Positions 38,140 through 48,836 of a stretch of 64,000 nt of DNA are shown piece after piece. Within the stretch, counting starts at the first letter, position 1. The number at the start of each line of letters is the position of its first letter. The position numbers were made by a program, and so were the translations under genes. The DNA is from Chlorokybus atmophyticus. Taxonomy: Eukaryota; Plantae; Mesostigma and Chlorokybus algae. The stretch lies in assembly GCA_009103225.1 (NCBI GenBank), contig RHPI01002402.1:777412-841411 (forward strand), written 5' to 3'. The notes under the pieces are model-generated. The model was not told the DNA's origin, made no database searches, and saw only the letters and a program-made list of their open reading frames with translations.

Positions 38140-38920
38140 TCTAATTAAACAAGCGGTGGCTGTCTGTATTGCAAGGCACTCACCGCACAAGGCTGCACGC
38201 TGGTGCAAGTGCGCACACAGTCTGGTGCGATGACTGCAATGCATGTATTCTTGAGCATTGTGTACATAGCCAGAACCTGATTTGGTTGCCGTAGGTTGTG
38301 TGCCACCAGTGTTACTGAATATGTCAACCAAACAGCAAGCATCAGCTGTCCCTGAGAAAAGCGTGCGCAATGGATGCTTGTGTCATAGGTGTTTGCTTGT
38401 ACAGGTCAGGGGCCAGCACCTTTTGTTTCACGAATTGCTAATCAAGTAACTTGTAAAGTAAGGTCAACAATCTGCATCCCCGCAACATGCCATACTACAG
38501 CTTGTCCGTTGCCGAACCTAGCCACACCACTCATACAAGCTTCCATGCCAAATGGTTGCGCTTCTATGCAAGCACAGTAGAGCATAGAGCATGTCATGAC
38601 ATTGACCACTTGACAACGTATGCCAAGCTAGGCTTTCTGGCCAGGTAGCCTGGAAAGCGCATACACAGGCAAGGGCTATAGACAGCAGCACCAAGCAGCT
38701 AAACAAGTGGAGCAGGCTACCACACAACTATTCACAAATAATGTTACAAGCGCACCAAGGTGCGGTGCGCAACGCCCGGATGGGCTGTGTGCTCCTAAAA
38801 CTACACTGCGCGCAACTCTTAAAAACTCTGCACGACACCTCATGCAACTCCAGTACCAGCGGAACCGCTGCCTCCAGAAAACTTGTGTCTCATAAGCAAA
38901 GTCACAAGGGGAGTTGAAAA

Positions 38921-41900
38921 TCAAGCAACCAGAAACTCGATGTCGTGTAGCCTACTAAGCATGTCCTGCCAGCCGGGTCGTTTTGATGGCTCGTCCTCCC
39001 AACAGTCCCTAATCAACTCCTGAAGAGGCCCTTCCGGAATTTCCAGTCGCCTGCGCTGACAGCTGACTGCAAAGACAACCTGCATGGGCGTTTGTCCATG
39101 CCAGGGCTTCTTCAATGTGCTCATCTCCCACATGATGACTCCCATGGAGAATACATCAGCCTTGGTGTCGTATCGCTCACTGCGCAGCAGCTCGGGGGCC
39201 ATCCACTCAGGCGTGCCGGCTGCAGTGCTATTTTGTTGCGTGTCCTGTTTCATGATCTTGGAGAGACCAAAATCGCACACCTTGACTGCCCAGTGCTTGT
39301 CCACCAGGCAATTGGCGCTCTTGAGGTCTCTGTGCACAATGTTCATAGACTCCAGGTACATCATGCCCCTGCATATGTCCCTGAGCATCTTGAGCTTGCG
39401 CCGCCATGAGAGCTTGTGACCCTGACCACTGCTGTGCAAAATGCGGTGCAGACTGCCCATGTGCATGTACTCGCACACTATGGACAGGTGTGGCGGCCGA
39501 ACGCACGCGCCCAAGAACAAGATGACGTTCGGGTGGCGTAACCTGCTAAGCATGGTAATCTCTTGTCGAAAGTCTTCCAGCACTTCTTGTGTGATGTTTT
39601 GCTCCAGCAGCAGCTTGACAGCAACCTCTGTCCCGCGCCACACACCACGATACACCTCCCCAAAACTTCCCGTGCCTACCCTGGCTCCAAGTTGTATGTC
39701 TGCATATTCGATCTCCCACCCTGAAAAGGGCATGAGTGGCTCCACAGAGAGCTCACCAAACGTCCTTCCTGAGGCTGATGCAACAGCATCCATATCGTGC
39801 ACTGGTGAACGCAGCGGGGAGGGACCAAGTGGTGATGATGCAAGTGGCGGTGTGCCTGGTTCTGCGCCGCGCTCAACGACCTCCAGATCAAAAGAAGGCC
39901 TCGGTTGAAAAAAACTCACACTGCGATTAACTGCTTTTGGCCTGGGCTGGCCTGAGGTTGCAGCCATCATGGCAGCAACCGCGCGAGCAGTTGCTGCCAC
40001 TCGAGTTGAGTCGTCATCTGCAGCATCTCCTTTCTTGGCGCTCTTCTGTTCATCACTAGACGATGTGCCCTCTTGCCTGCGGGCAAGTGCAGAGTGAAGC
40101 TCGGGCTCAAGCGGACGCAGACGGCTTAGCCGGAGACCAGTCCCATCAACAGACCCTCGAGGCGTCACACCCCATAGGCTATCAGAAGAGCCAGACGGTG
40201 ACTCGTCCGGAGAAGACAAACGTCTGCCAGAGAGTGGAGACGATACTGACAGCCCGTTGGACAGGTTGCTGCGTCTGGAGACAGGCTGCTCCCTGAACGA
40301 GCGGGTCCGCAGAGGTGGTCTCTGTTGCAGCTCTTGAGGAGGAACCAACTTTTCTGCGGCAGCCTGCTGTGTCTGCTGCACCCTCACAGACGTGTCAGAG
40401 TGCGTAGGGCTCCCAGCCACGGGTGATGAATCAGGAGAGCTGCTGAAACTGCGTCGCCTGTACCGCCGTAGCTGATGCTGGCTGCTTCGCCGGCTTTGAG
40501 CTAAAGATCGGCTAAACACAACTGGACTGTTTGGAGAACGCGGGCTGTCATAACCAGCATCTGGCCACTCCGGCTGAAGGCTGGGAGAGCCACCGCTGGC
40601 GGTGCTGCCAGCCACTGAAGGGCTGCTGACAGGAGTACCAGCGGCTGTTGTGAAGGCGCAGGCCTGTGCCTCTTGTGCATAATACAGAGTAAGGGATTCG
40701 GGGCTGAAGAGGATCAACTGGCCAGGAGTACGCATCAAGTCTATGATGCACTCTTGGTTGTCAGCATTGCCGACAACTACGCACATGTGGAGTGCAGCTG
40801 GTGCGCTAGCGCCTCCAGCGACTCGATGGACACCACGAAACAGGCGAGCTGGTATCCGCAAAGAGTCAGCAAGGAACTTGAAAAGAAGGGCTCTGGGCCG
40901 ACAAAGGCCATACTGAAGCTGTCCAATCGGCACCGCACATGATGTGATACTTAAGCGGGAAGCTTCCTGCAATGCATACTGAGCATGAACTCTATGCTCA
41001 ACGTTCATACAACAAGCTACAGCCACATAACAGTCATCTGCGACCATTACAAAGCAACAAGAGCAAATGCAAATGCTTCAAAACTCACATTTGATACATT
41101 TTTGGCGACATTGCGTGTATGTGTGCCTCCAAAGAAGTCCGCAACCACCTCAGCCAAGCGTCGCAGCTGCAAATCTTGCGGAGCGTCCTCAAGCATACTC
41201 CGTGCTAGCTTCCTAACTCGGGCCAGTGCAACATCTGTTCTGGGATCAACAACTAGCACCTGATGATAGACGATAACAGTCAGTGATGTCCTCACACCTC
41301 AAAGCTTGGATACACCAGCAATCACGCCGCACATACGCACAGCGCGTGCCAGCCCTTACTCCAGTGCTACTACATTGCAACAATGCACAACATCAATGCG
41401 CAGCAACCTTGCATAGCTTTGCAAATGTGCAAACACTGACTAAAGAACTCTGGAGGCAGCGCTTCCACCGTTCAGTGCAGTCCCAGTCTTCCCCCAGACA
41501 AACAGTGCTCAGATTTGTTATGCCGTGCAATACCTCTTCTCCTGGAGGGGCGGGACTGAACCGCTGCAGCACATCCAGCGGTGGAAGCCTGCGGTAGTTC
41601 TTGTTGGTAAGCGAAAGTGGCACATCGTAGAACCCCTCCGGCATGGACGCATCCAGCGTGCCAAGCTCGTAGAAGTACCGCACGACCGCCTTAACGCCCG
41701 CACTGCCCTCGTCGCCCGCCTCGTACCCGTCCTCCGGATCAGCCTCGGCATCAGCGTCGGCCTCGAAGCTGTGCTCCTCGCGTATCCGCTCAAGGGCAGG
41801 CTCAAATCCGACGGAACCGGCATTGGCCACAGCTTCTTGCGGGGCGTATAACTCATTGGCGACGGTGTCGCCACCGTCGTCGTCGTCCTCCTCCATGTGA

Positions 41901-42082
41901 GGAAGGGCGGCAGCCTGGAACCCTACCCGCGGCGCCTCTGCCGGCGGCGCCTCATGGCCACCGCCTGCGACCAGCCCTGCTCTCAGCGACTTGCTGGACA
42001 ACAACGCAAGCACGCCGAGCCTCAACCCGTCTATGCCGGAGTCCGCCGCCGCCCTGAGCCCGTCCCTCGGCTCCAGCCCCAT
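38921..42082 (-). CDS. EDR1/CTR1-like Raf-type MAPKKK (EDR1 domain plus kinase domain)
   Basis: EGFYDV, LARVRK..RRLAEVVADFFGG and GQLQYGLCRPRALLFKFLAD (EDR1 domain). Kinase motifs GTGSFGEV, VAVK, HRDLKSAN, DFGLS and GTPEWMAPE; LSWRRKLKMLRDICRG points to the B1-type subgroup. Confidence 0.92.
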
Positions 42083-42544
42083 CCATGCCCCAGCGGACAG
42101 CACCCCTCCTATCTCTGGCCTAGCTCGTCAATGCCAGTAGGCCTACGTCGCACGTACAACCTGCGCGGAAAGTACTTCGCATCAACAGATCAGAAAACAC
42201 CACGCAGTAAAAGCCACCGTTGCTGAGCCCTCCTTTGATAATTGTGTGCCCGCCTGCCTGCCCGCCCGCCGCCCACCTCGCCAGCGACACCGACAGCAAC
42301 GCTGACAGCGACGCCCGTCGCAACGGTGCAGCGGAAAGCGACAGAAAATGACGTTGTCACGGGCAAAATCCTGCCGATATCGCTTATAGCCGCAGGCAGC
42401 GAAGCGGATGTCGCCTGTTGCGGGCGCCGAGACGCATTTGGTACCATCCGCCGCCTGTGCCCCTCGACATAACGATCGCTGTCACGTGAACGGTTTCGTA
42501 GGGATGTCCATAAAGCTCAAATGAGGGTTTGGGTCCACTGCTGG

Positions 42545-43650
42545 GCCTCATGACTGCAAGTCATGACTCATGTGACCTGCATACCTGGTACCTGGTAGTT
42601 GCGAGTCATGAGTTACCGGTAGGCTACAAGTTGCCTGACTGTAAGAGATGCAGGTAACAACAAGCACAAATAACTTTCACATCTTGTAATGCTTTGTGCA
42701 ATGTTGTTGAATCTGTGTATATGTGCATACGTGTGTCGGTCATGATCCACAAAGCCTTATACATGCATCATAATCATTGAATTCTGATTTGATATATGTT
42801 GACAATCGTAATGGACGCGCTTTGCACATACCATGCATTAACGTCGTTGCTACCAATAAATACATACAGACAAAGCGAGAACAAGTTCTGAATCAGTTCA
42901 ATATACATTACATTATCTAACTTGCAACAACGTGAAATTAGATAGCATCATTCACGTGTAGATTAAACTTTGTTTCGGGACATATAAGATTTCAAGTAAT
43001 GAAGAAATTGTCGTTTGGCGTTTAACATGTTAAACCTCGTTGCAATTATTACAGCCGTGTTGTGGTCCAAATCATAATGTAAGAACTTTAATAATGCATG
43101 CAAACCTTAACATCAGTGAATTAACTATGTTACCCACATGCTTATACACCACATCCGCATGTTACCCTCAACTTCTCGTGTAAACTGCCTGCAATTGAAG
43201 AGGTATCTGTCCGCTATCGGTTACTTAGATTTTATGTGCAACGTAACATGATAATACCTGCAAGAAAAAGTTACAAAGTTGACAACACTGCACCTGACAT
43301 CAATCATCTCATACTTTGTTGAGGTAAATCGATTCATCTTTGGTGCATGGCAGATACTCAAATGTATAATTTCTTCAACAATATTGATCTGACAAACAAG
43401 TATAATGTTCAATCGCAAACATAAGGGGAAAGTACAGCAGCGAGTGCAAAGAATATTACATTGTATGGAATTCTATGTTATTGTATTGTATACTTCACAC
43501 TTGGCACGAGTAATATTTTATGATCAAACATTACTTTCACTGACACTTTAATAAGTGAAGGATTGCGCATATTGAAGTGACGCGCATTCATAAGAAAAAT
43601 GTGAATGACGTCACATTAATGACAAGTAATCATGCAAGGCAACAATTTCC
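42545..43650. other. AT-rich non-coding block, possible decayed element
   Basis: Low GC, with TCATGA/TGACTCA/GAGTCATGA clusters at 42548-42611. Confidence 0.3.
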
Positions 43651-43791
43651 ACACTTATCAAGTTGTGCAACATGGCAAGCTGCGTGCATAAGCATATACT
43701 CTAGCCTGACTGCTTGCATGGAAAAAACAAAACAACAACCAGCAATGGCAGAACAAGTCTCAGCAAGTTGACTACACAAGCTCTACCCTGC

Positions 43792-45634
43792 TTATGCCTG
43801 ATTGCTGTGACCATTGCGCACTCGCTGTCGCTTGCGGGACTTCGTACTGTTCTGCAAAAACTCAAGAGTTGGCAGCAACACAACAAGAACGCTGTTGACC
43901 CCTTTGTCGACCCCTCCCCCCCATCACAAGAAAACAAACAGAAAAAACGGACGTGCTTGAGGCCCTAGACACTATAACAAGCAGACCTACTCAAAAACTG
44001 TGCAGAACCCAAACCTGGTGCTCTGTTGATGGTTGCACCGGTCCTTTCTTTTTCTTGACTGACAGCGGATTTGGGCCCTGCAACATCACATGGGGATGAG
44101 CCAACCAGATGCAGCTCATGTCGGGAAGACCAGTCGCCCACCTTTGGTCCTTTCCGCTTGCGCTTGTTTATGATTGCTGGAGCGCCAGTCAAGGCTTCAA
44201 CTGGCTGCTGCACGAGCTCTGCAACTTTCAAAGCGGCTCGCTTCAACTCTGCCTCAGATGCTCGCACCTTCTCAGCCTCACTCTGGCAAAGGCAATCTCA
44301 CACACATAAGCACGAGTAACATCTCGGTAGATGCGAAGCTCCACACGCACTTCATTATGCAAAGACTTACACATGCCAAAGTACACAGGCATGCAAACCA
44401 ACCGCGTTGGTCGTAGCAGCATATGAACAAGCATGCGCACCATGTTTGCAAGTTTTCGCTGCGTCTCTGAAGGCGCCTCAAGATGTAACTGTCCATTCTG
44501 AATGGACACAATAGCCACCCCAGGAACCTGCATGGGCGGTTGCTTTCACAGCTGCGCGTACAAGCTCACAACATGTCTACTGATACTGGCTAACGCCAGA
44601 CAACCTTATGGAGCTGTTGCTTGAGCGCTGCGTCTTGCGAAGCAATGAAGAAATGCTCAGGGTTGCCGTTGGCTGCATGCCAGCAGTACAAATTGATTAT
44701 TAACAACTTGCGCACGCATGCTTGAGAACATACAGCCTAACTGCTGCTGGTGTATTCACTTACCGACTAGGGATTGGATGCATGCAGCGGCTGGCACGGG
44801 CGTGTCGTGCGAGCATTTAGCTCCCTCAAACACTCTGGCCGCTTTTGCAGTGCCTAAAAGATGGACAAGATCAATTCTTCGATGTGCAAAGCATGGGTGA
44901 CGCTAAATCATTTCACGTGCACGTTTTGTGCGAGCAAGACGAGATCAAGAAGCAACCCATAAACCTCTATACCTGCGTAGTCAGTGCCAAGGGCTTTGAG
45001 TTCAGCAGTCACACAGCGCGTCACAAACACTTTAGTCGTTGCACCCAGGAACTTGGGAAGAGACTCGCGCAATGCTGCTACTCTGCACAACCAGCCGAGC
45101 AAGCGTCAATCGCCGCTGGGTCTGCAGCCTGAACACGCTGAGGTGCGCTATTCGGCATGATACGAGCTTGGCTTGGCTTGGCTTTCCTAATGCTTGCGCT
45201 GCATGCACACGTGCGGCACTCTCAGGGATGTTGCGTCCTCCCATGAGCCTGTCCTTCTAAACAGTATCAATCGGGACCAAGCTTGCCATTGAACAACTGT
45301 CACGCCATCGGCCGTACACTGAACAATTACAGAAACAGTACAAAAGACGCTGCTTTCTTCCACCCATATCAATGCAACATACCGGCCAACATACTGCACT
45401 GCCTATTTTACGAATTGTCGGAATTGTGTAAGCCGCGTGTATGTGCATGGGACACACTACTTTTAAGGGTGCACACGCAGGTGCACAAGCTTGGTTGCGT
45501 GCTTACTTTGGCAGCGAGAGCGCGTGGTGCAGGAAAGTGCCGTCCACCAGCGCCTTGTAGGGCTCCCTGAAGCCGAAGCAGACGCGGAAGAAACGCACGC
45601 CGCGCCGCACAGCCTTCGCGCGCCCCACGCGCAT
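43792..45634 (-). CDS. UTP23: rRNA-processing protein UTP23 (Fcf1/PIN-like)
   Basis: MRVGRAKAVRRGVRFFRVCFGFREPYKALVDGTFLHHAL, FVTRCVTAELKALG, FFIASQD-like exon, PGVAIVSI..LEAPS, and KRKGPK|GPNPLSVKKKK; ends NGHSNQA*. Confidence 0.9.
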
Positions 45635-46292
45635 GGCCTGCACCACCACGCCGCCGCCGCCGCCGCCACCACGCCGCCAGGTCGGGTAGTTCCACCTCTT
45701 TGTTTTGTGCAAGCGGGGCGTTGTACGCACCGACTTTCACGACTCAGGCTTGTCTGATTTTCGGCAACAGTAGCTCATTGCTCTCTGCCCGACTGTCGGC
45801 TTGTAAACTATCCGCGAGCACACTGTAGCCGGCGGAACGTATCCAGCCGTGGTTTGACACAGAGCGCTTTGGTGTTTTGTTTGTGCACTTGAGATCATAA
45901 TCCCTTTGCTGGACGGCGTTGCTCAAATGTTTCAAAAACATCTGGTCCTGTAGCATCTCACTGCAGCATTGCGGCATGAGAGAAAGCCCTGCACTAAGCT
46001 GTAGCGCGCATGTTGACAGCCACCCCAGAATCCCGATTGCATACATACACACGGCAGCAGTAATTTGCTTGTCAAGCATACATCACATCTATGTTGTCAA
46101 CATGTACATGAAGTACATACTTGATTACCAAGGCAATGAACGAACCACTCTTGCGTCGAGCAAGAACTGAAGGTAACCAAACACATATGACAACACTACA
46201 ACGACACAGCTACAACATCCCTGGCGACATGTGCGAACCCGAGTTCATTGTTAACCCAGTGCACCAACACCATCTGTGCAAAACTGGCTGCA

Positions 46293-46371
46293 TTGCGAAC
46301 TACTGAATAGATCTCAGCCCCACCACACGCACAGGCTTTCGTGGTAGATGCTTCACAGCAGCAGCGCGCAA
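46293..46371 (-). promoter_or_regulatory. Eukaryotic SECIS element, type II, in the 3' UTR
   Basis: Sense RNA: UUGCGCGCUGCUG-CU-GUGA-AGCAUCUACCACG-AAA-GCCUGUGC-G-UGUGGUGGGGCU-GA-G-AUCUAUU-CAGUAGUUCGCAA. Helix I: CUGCUG/CAGUAG plus UUGCG/CGCAA. Core GUGA...GA. Helix II: 12 pairs with one bulged A. AAA lies 13 nt after UGA, followed by a GC/GC mini-stem. Confidence 0.85.
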
Positions 46372-46395
46372 CCCAGCACTTGTCAGACATCGAGC

Positions 46396-47628
46396 CTATC
46401 GCACACGCCTGCTGCGAACTGCTCTCCATTGCGCGAGGACCTTCTTGTGCAAGTCAAGGCTCCAGATGATAGCCACCATTAGCAAGGTGAAACCGGCGTA
46501 TGTGCAGACAATGGTGAACCCGAAGCCGATTGGTGTCAAGCATCCAATGCCATGGCCACAGAAACAAACATGACTGTCTTGATCGCAAGTCCAGCCTTTG
46601 TGGTTGTAACCATCTGGGCTTTGGCATACAGAAGTTCCAGCAGCACCAGCATCCGCAGAACAAGAAGCACCTGGCGAAACTGGCATGCAGCACTGCGCAT
46701 TGTAGTCACTCTTGTACATTGAGGACGACCAGCGGCTGGGCCCGCCTGCCCAGAGCCCTGCATCTTGTAGGACATGCCTACGGCAAAGCATAGACTTGTT
46801 ACAAAAGAACGGAGGATGCATGGATTTTCAAAGTAGTGCACAATAGCGGTAAGCTTGCTTTACCTTGTGAGATCGGCCATGACGAGAGGGATGGCCAATA
46901 GAGTGACATACACAGGGCCGTAGCGCTGCCAGTGGCTGCCTTTACGTTGTGCAGACTTGTGATACAGGTACTGAGCGATGTTAGTGAAGATTGCCAAAGT
47001 GATGCCGAATGTTATAGTGTGCGCAAATGACTTTGACGCTTCCGAAGCTGCAATACCAACCAGGCCTGTGGAAGCAGAGCAACAGAACAAATTGTAGGTG
47101 TGTCAGTGTCCTTGGTTGTGACAGGAGACTGCACTCATTGTGTAGAGCGCACACATGCATGCGCTCGCACACATGCACACGAAGGCATACACATACATGC
47201 ACACGCGCCAACCACACAAACTCAGAGCGTGCATGGAGATTGCCATACCATGTTAGACTAACCTGCAACTAGAAGAGGCCAGCATCAGGAACCCACAAGC
47301 GCAGGTACGGACACTGCCAACGCCAGGATTGCCATGCCAAGAGATGTGCGGTCTTCATCGCTCTGCACGCAACCAGAAATCTACACAACACCTTCATGCA
47401 AGCATTCTGTCATGTGGGGCGTGCAGAGCGGCGTGCACAGGTAATTGTGAGACGTAACATAAGAGCAGGCAAACACGCAACTCCTACCTTGATGTCGGTT
47501 TCAACACCCGCCCTTCCATCATCATTGACGGCCCGGACGGGTGGCCGCACTCATGTGACACATTCTTCCTCTCCCTGTTCCGGATCAACCTCCGATGACG
47601 CTGGAGGAAGCAGCGCCTCGCTACTCAT
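46396..47628 (-). CDS. Candidate membrane selenoprotein (MSP-like), 274 aa, two in-frame UGA codons (U26, U73), about 4 TM segments
   Basis: Exons 47628-47488 (141 nt), 47362-47263 (100), 47065-46864 (202) and 46777-46396 (382) total 825 nt, all GT-AG and in phase. The only internal stops are TGA at 47553-47551 and 47287-47285. A SECIS lies downstream. Core motif HWQRYGPVYVTLLAIPLVMADLTRHVLQD. Confidence 0.8.
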
Positions 47629-48836
47629 CGCGCCCGACAAGCAGCTGCAAGCACAAGGCAAACTCGTCAGCAGCTTACCACACCCAAAATGAGACCAGCC
47701 AGACTGCATGCACGTTAGGCAGGCAGCATCGTGCGGCCGTTTTTGAGCAACAAGTACGCCAAAACTGACTGCTAACCTCGCTGACTCTACTCACAATGCT
47801 CACGTCTCCCACGCCTCTAGCCCAACACAAGCACTCGCCCCCGCCCCCGCCGCCGCCGCTGCTCACGGCCAAACCCCAATAGCCGTCAGGCTACAATCAA
47901 CAGCCATTGATGGCAACAGGTCAAAAAAGCTCAAAAAGCGACAGTACGCATTCAAAAAGAAGGCCTCAATGTCCAGGTGTTTTAGGCCCCAGCCTGCGCA
48001 GGAATACAACTTTAATGAAGTTGAAGACGAAACTTTGTTCACGCACGAGGTTGGCTGATAGACTGCCAGTGACAGTGTGATAATGACCGCGAGCTGCGTG
48101 ACAGGTGAGAACAGGTGATAAGCTCGACCGCCGACGTGGACCTCACCGCGCGCGCGCGCGCGCGTTTCACCGCTACTATGTTGCAATGATTCATTCCCAA
48201 AGCGAAAGTCCCGACACTTTACTAACTTTTCCGTCACTGCTATCCGTCTGCACAAAGTCCGCTGCTCAGCTAAGGGGTCGAAAGTGTCTATCCCGCGATG
48301 TGCTTTTCGTGCTCATCCGTTTCTGGCTGACGCCAGCAGCGGTGAAGTGTTCCTGCTCGGGACGCTGTGTAGGGAGCGGCGGCGGTGGTGGCGGCGGCGG
48401 AAGAGCGCAGGAGCTGTGGGCCGAGGGAGTTTAAGCTCAGGTTCAACCGGAATTTGGTGTGTGGGATTGTTTGTCTGTGGTTGGTGACAAAAAGGAAGCG
48501 AGGGGCTTGTTGGCAAGTGGTTGGTTAGGTGGATCGTCGCATTGAAGGTCGAGCTGGTCGGGAGAAAGGTCATACGCTGCTGTGAATTTTTACGCTTTGG
48601 AGAAGCATAGTGGAGCGAGCGCCTTTGGCTTGGTTGGTACTGGAGCACCGCAACCTGTGTATTGTTGGTAGCTCTGTAGCTTTGGCGCTTCAAGTGCCAA
48701 CAAGGTCCACTGTGTCCTCAGTTGGAGGCGTGCAGCTGCCTTTGTTTCAGCGGAGAGTAGTCAGCTCTGCGCAGTTGGGCATTCCTTGTGAGAATGGGCA
48801 CATGTTGACAGCGGAGGCCTTGCCGCCTCCGCGCGG

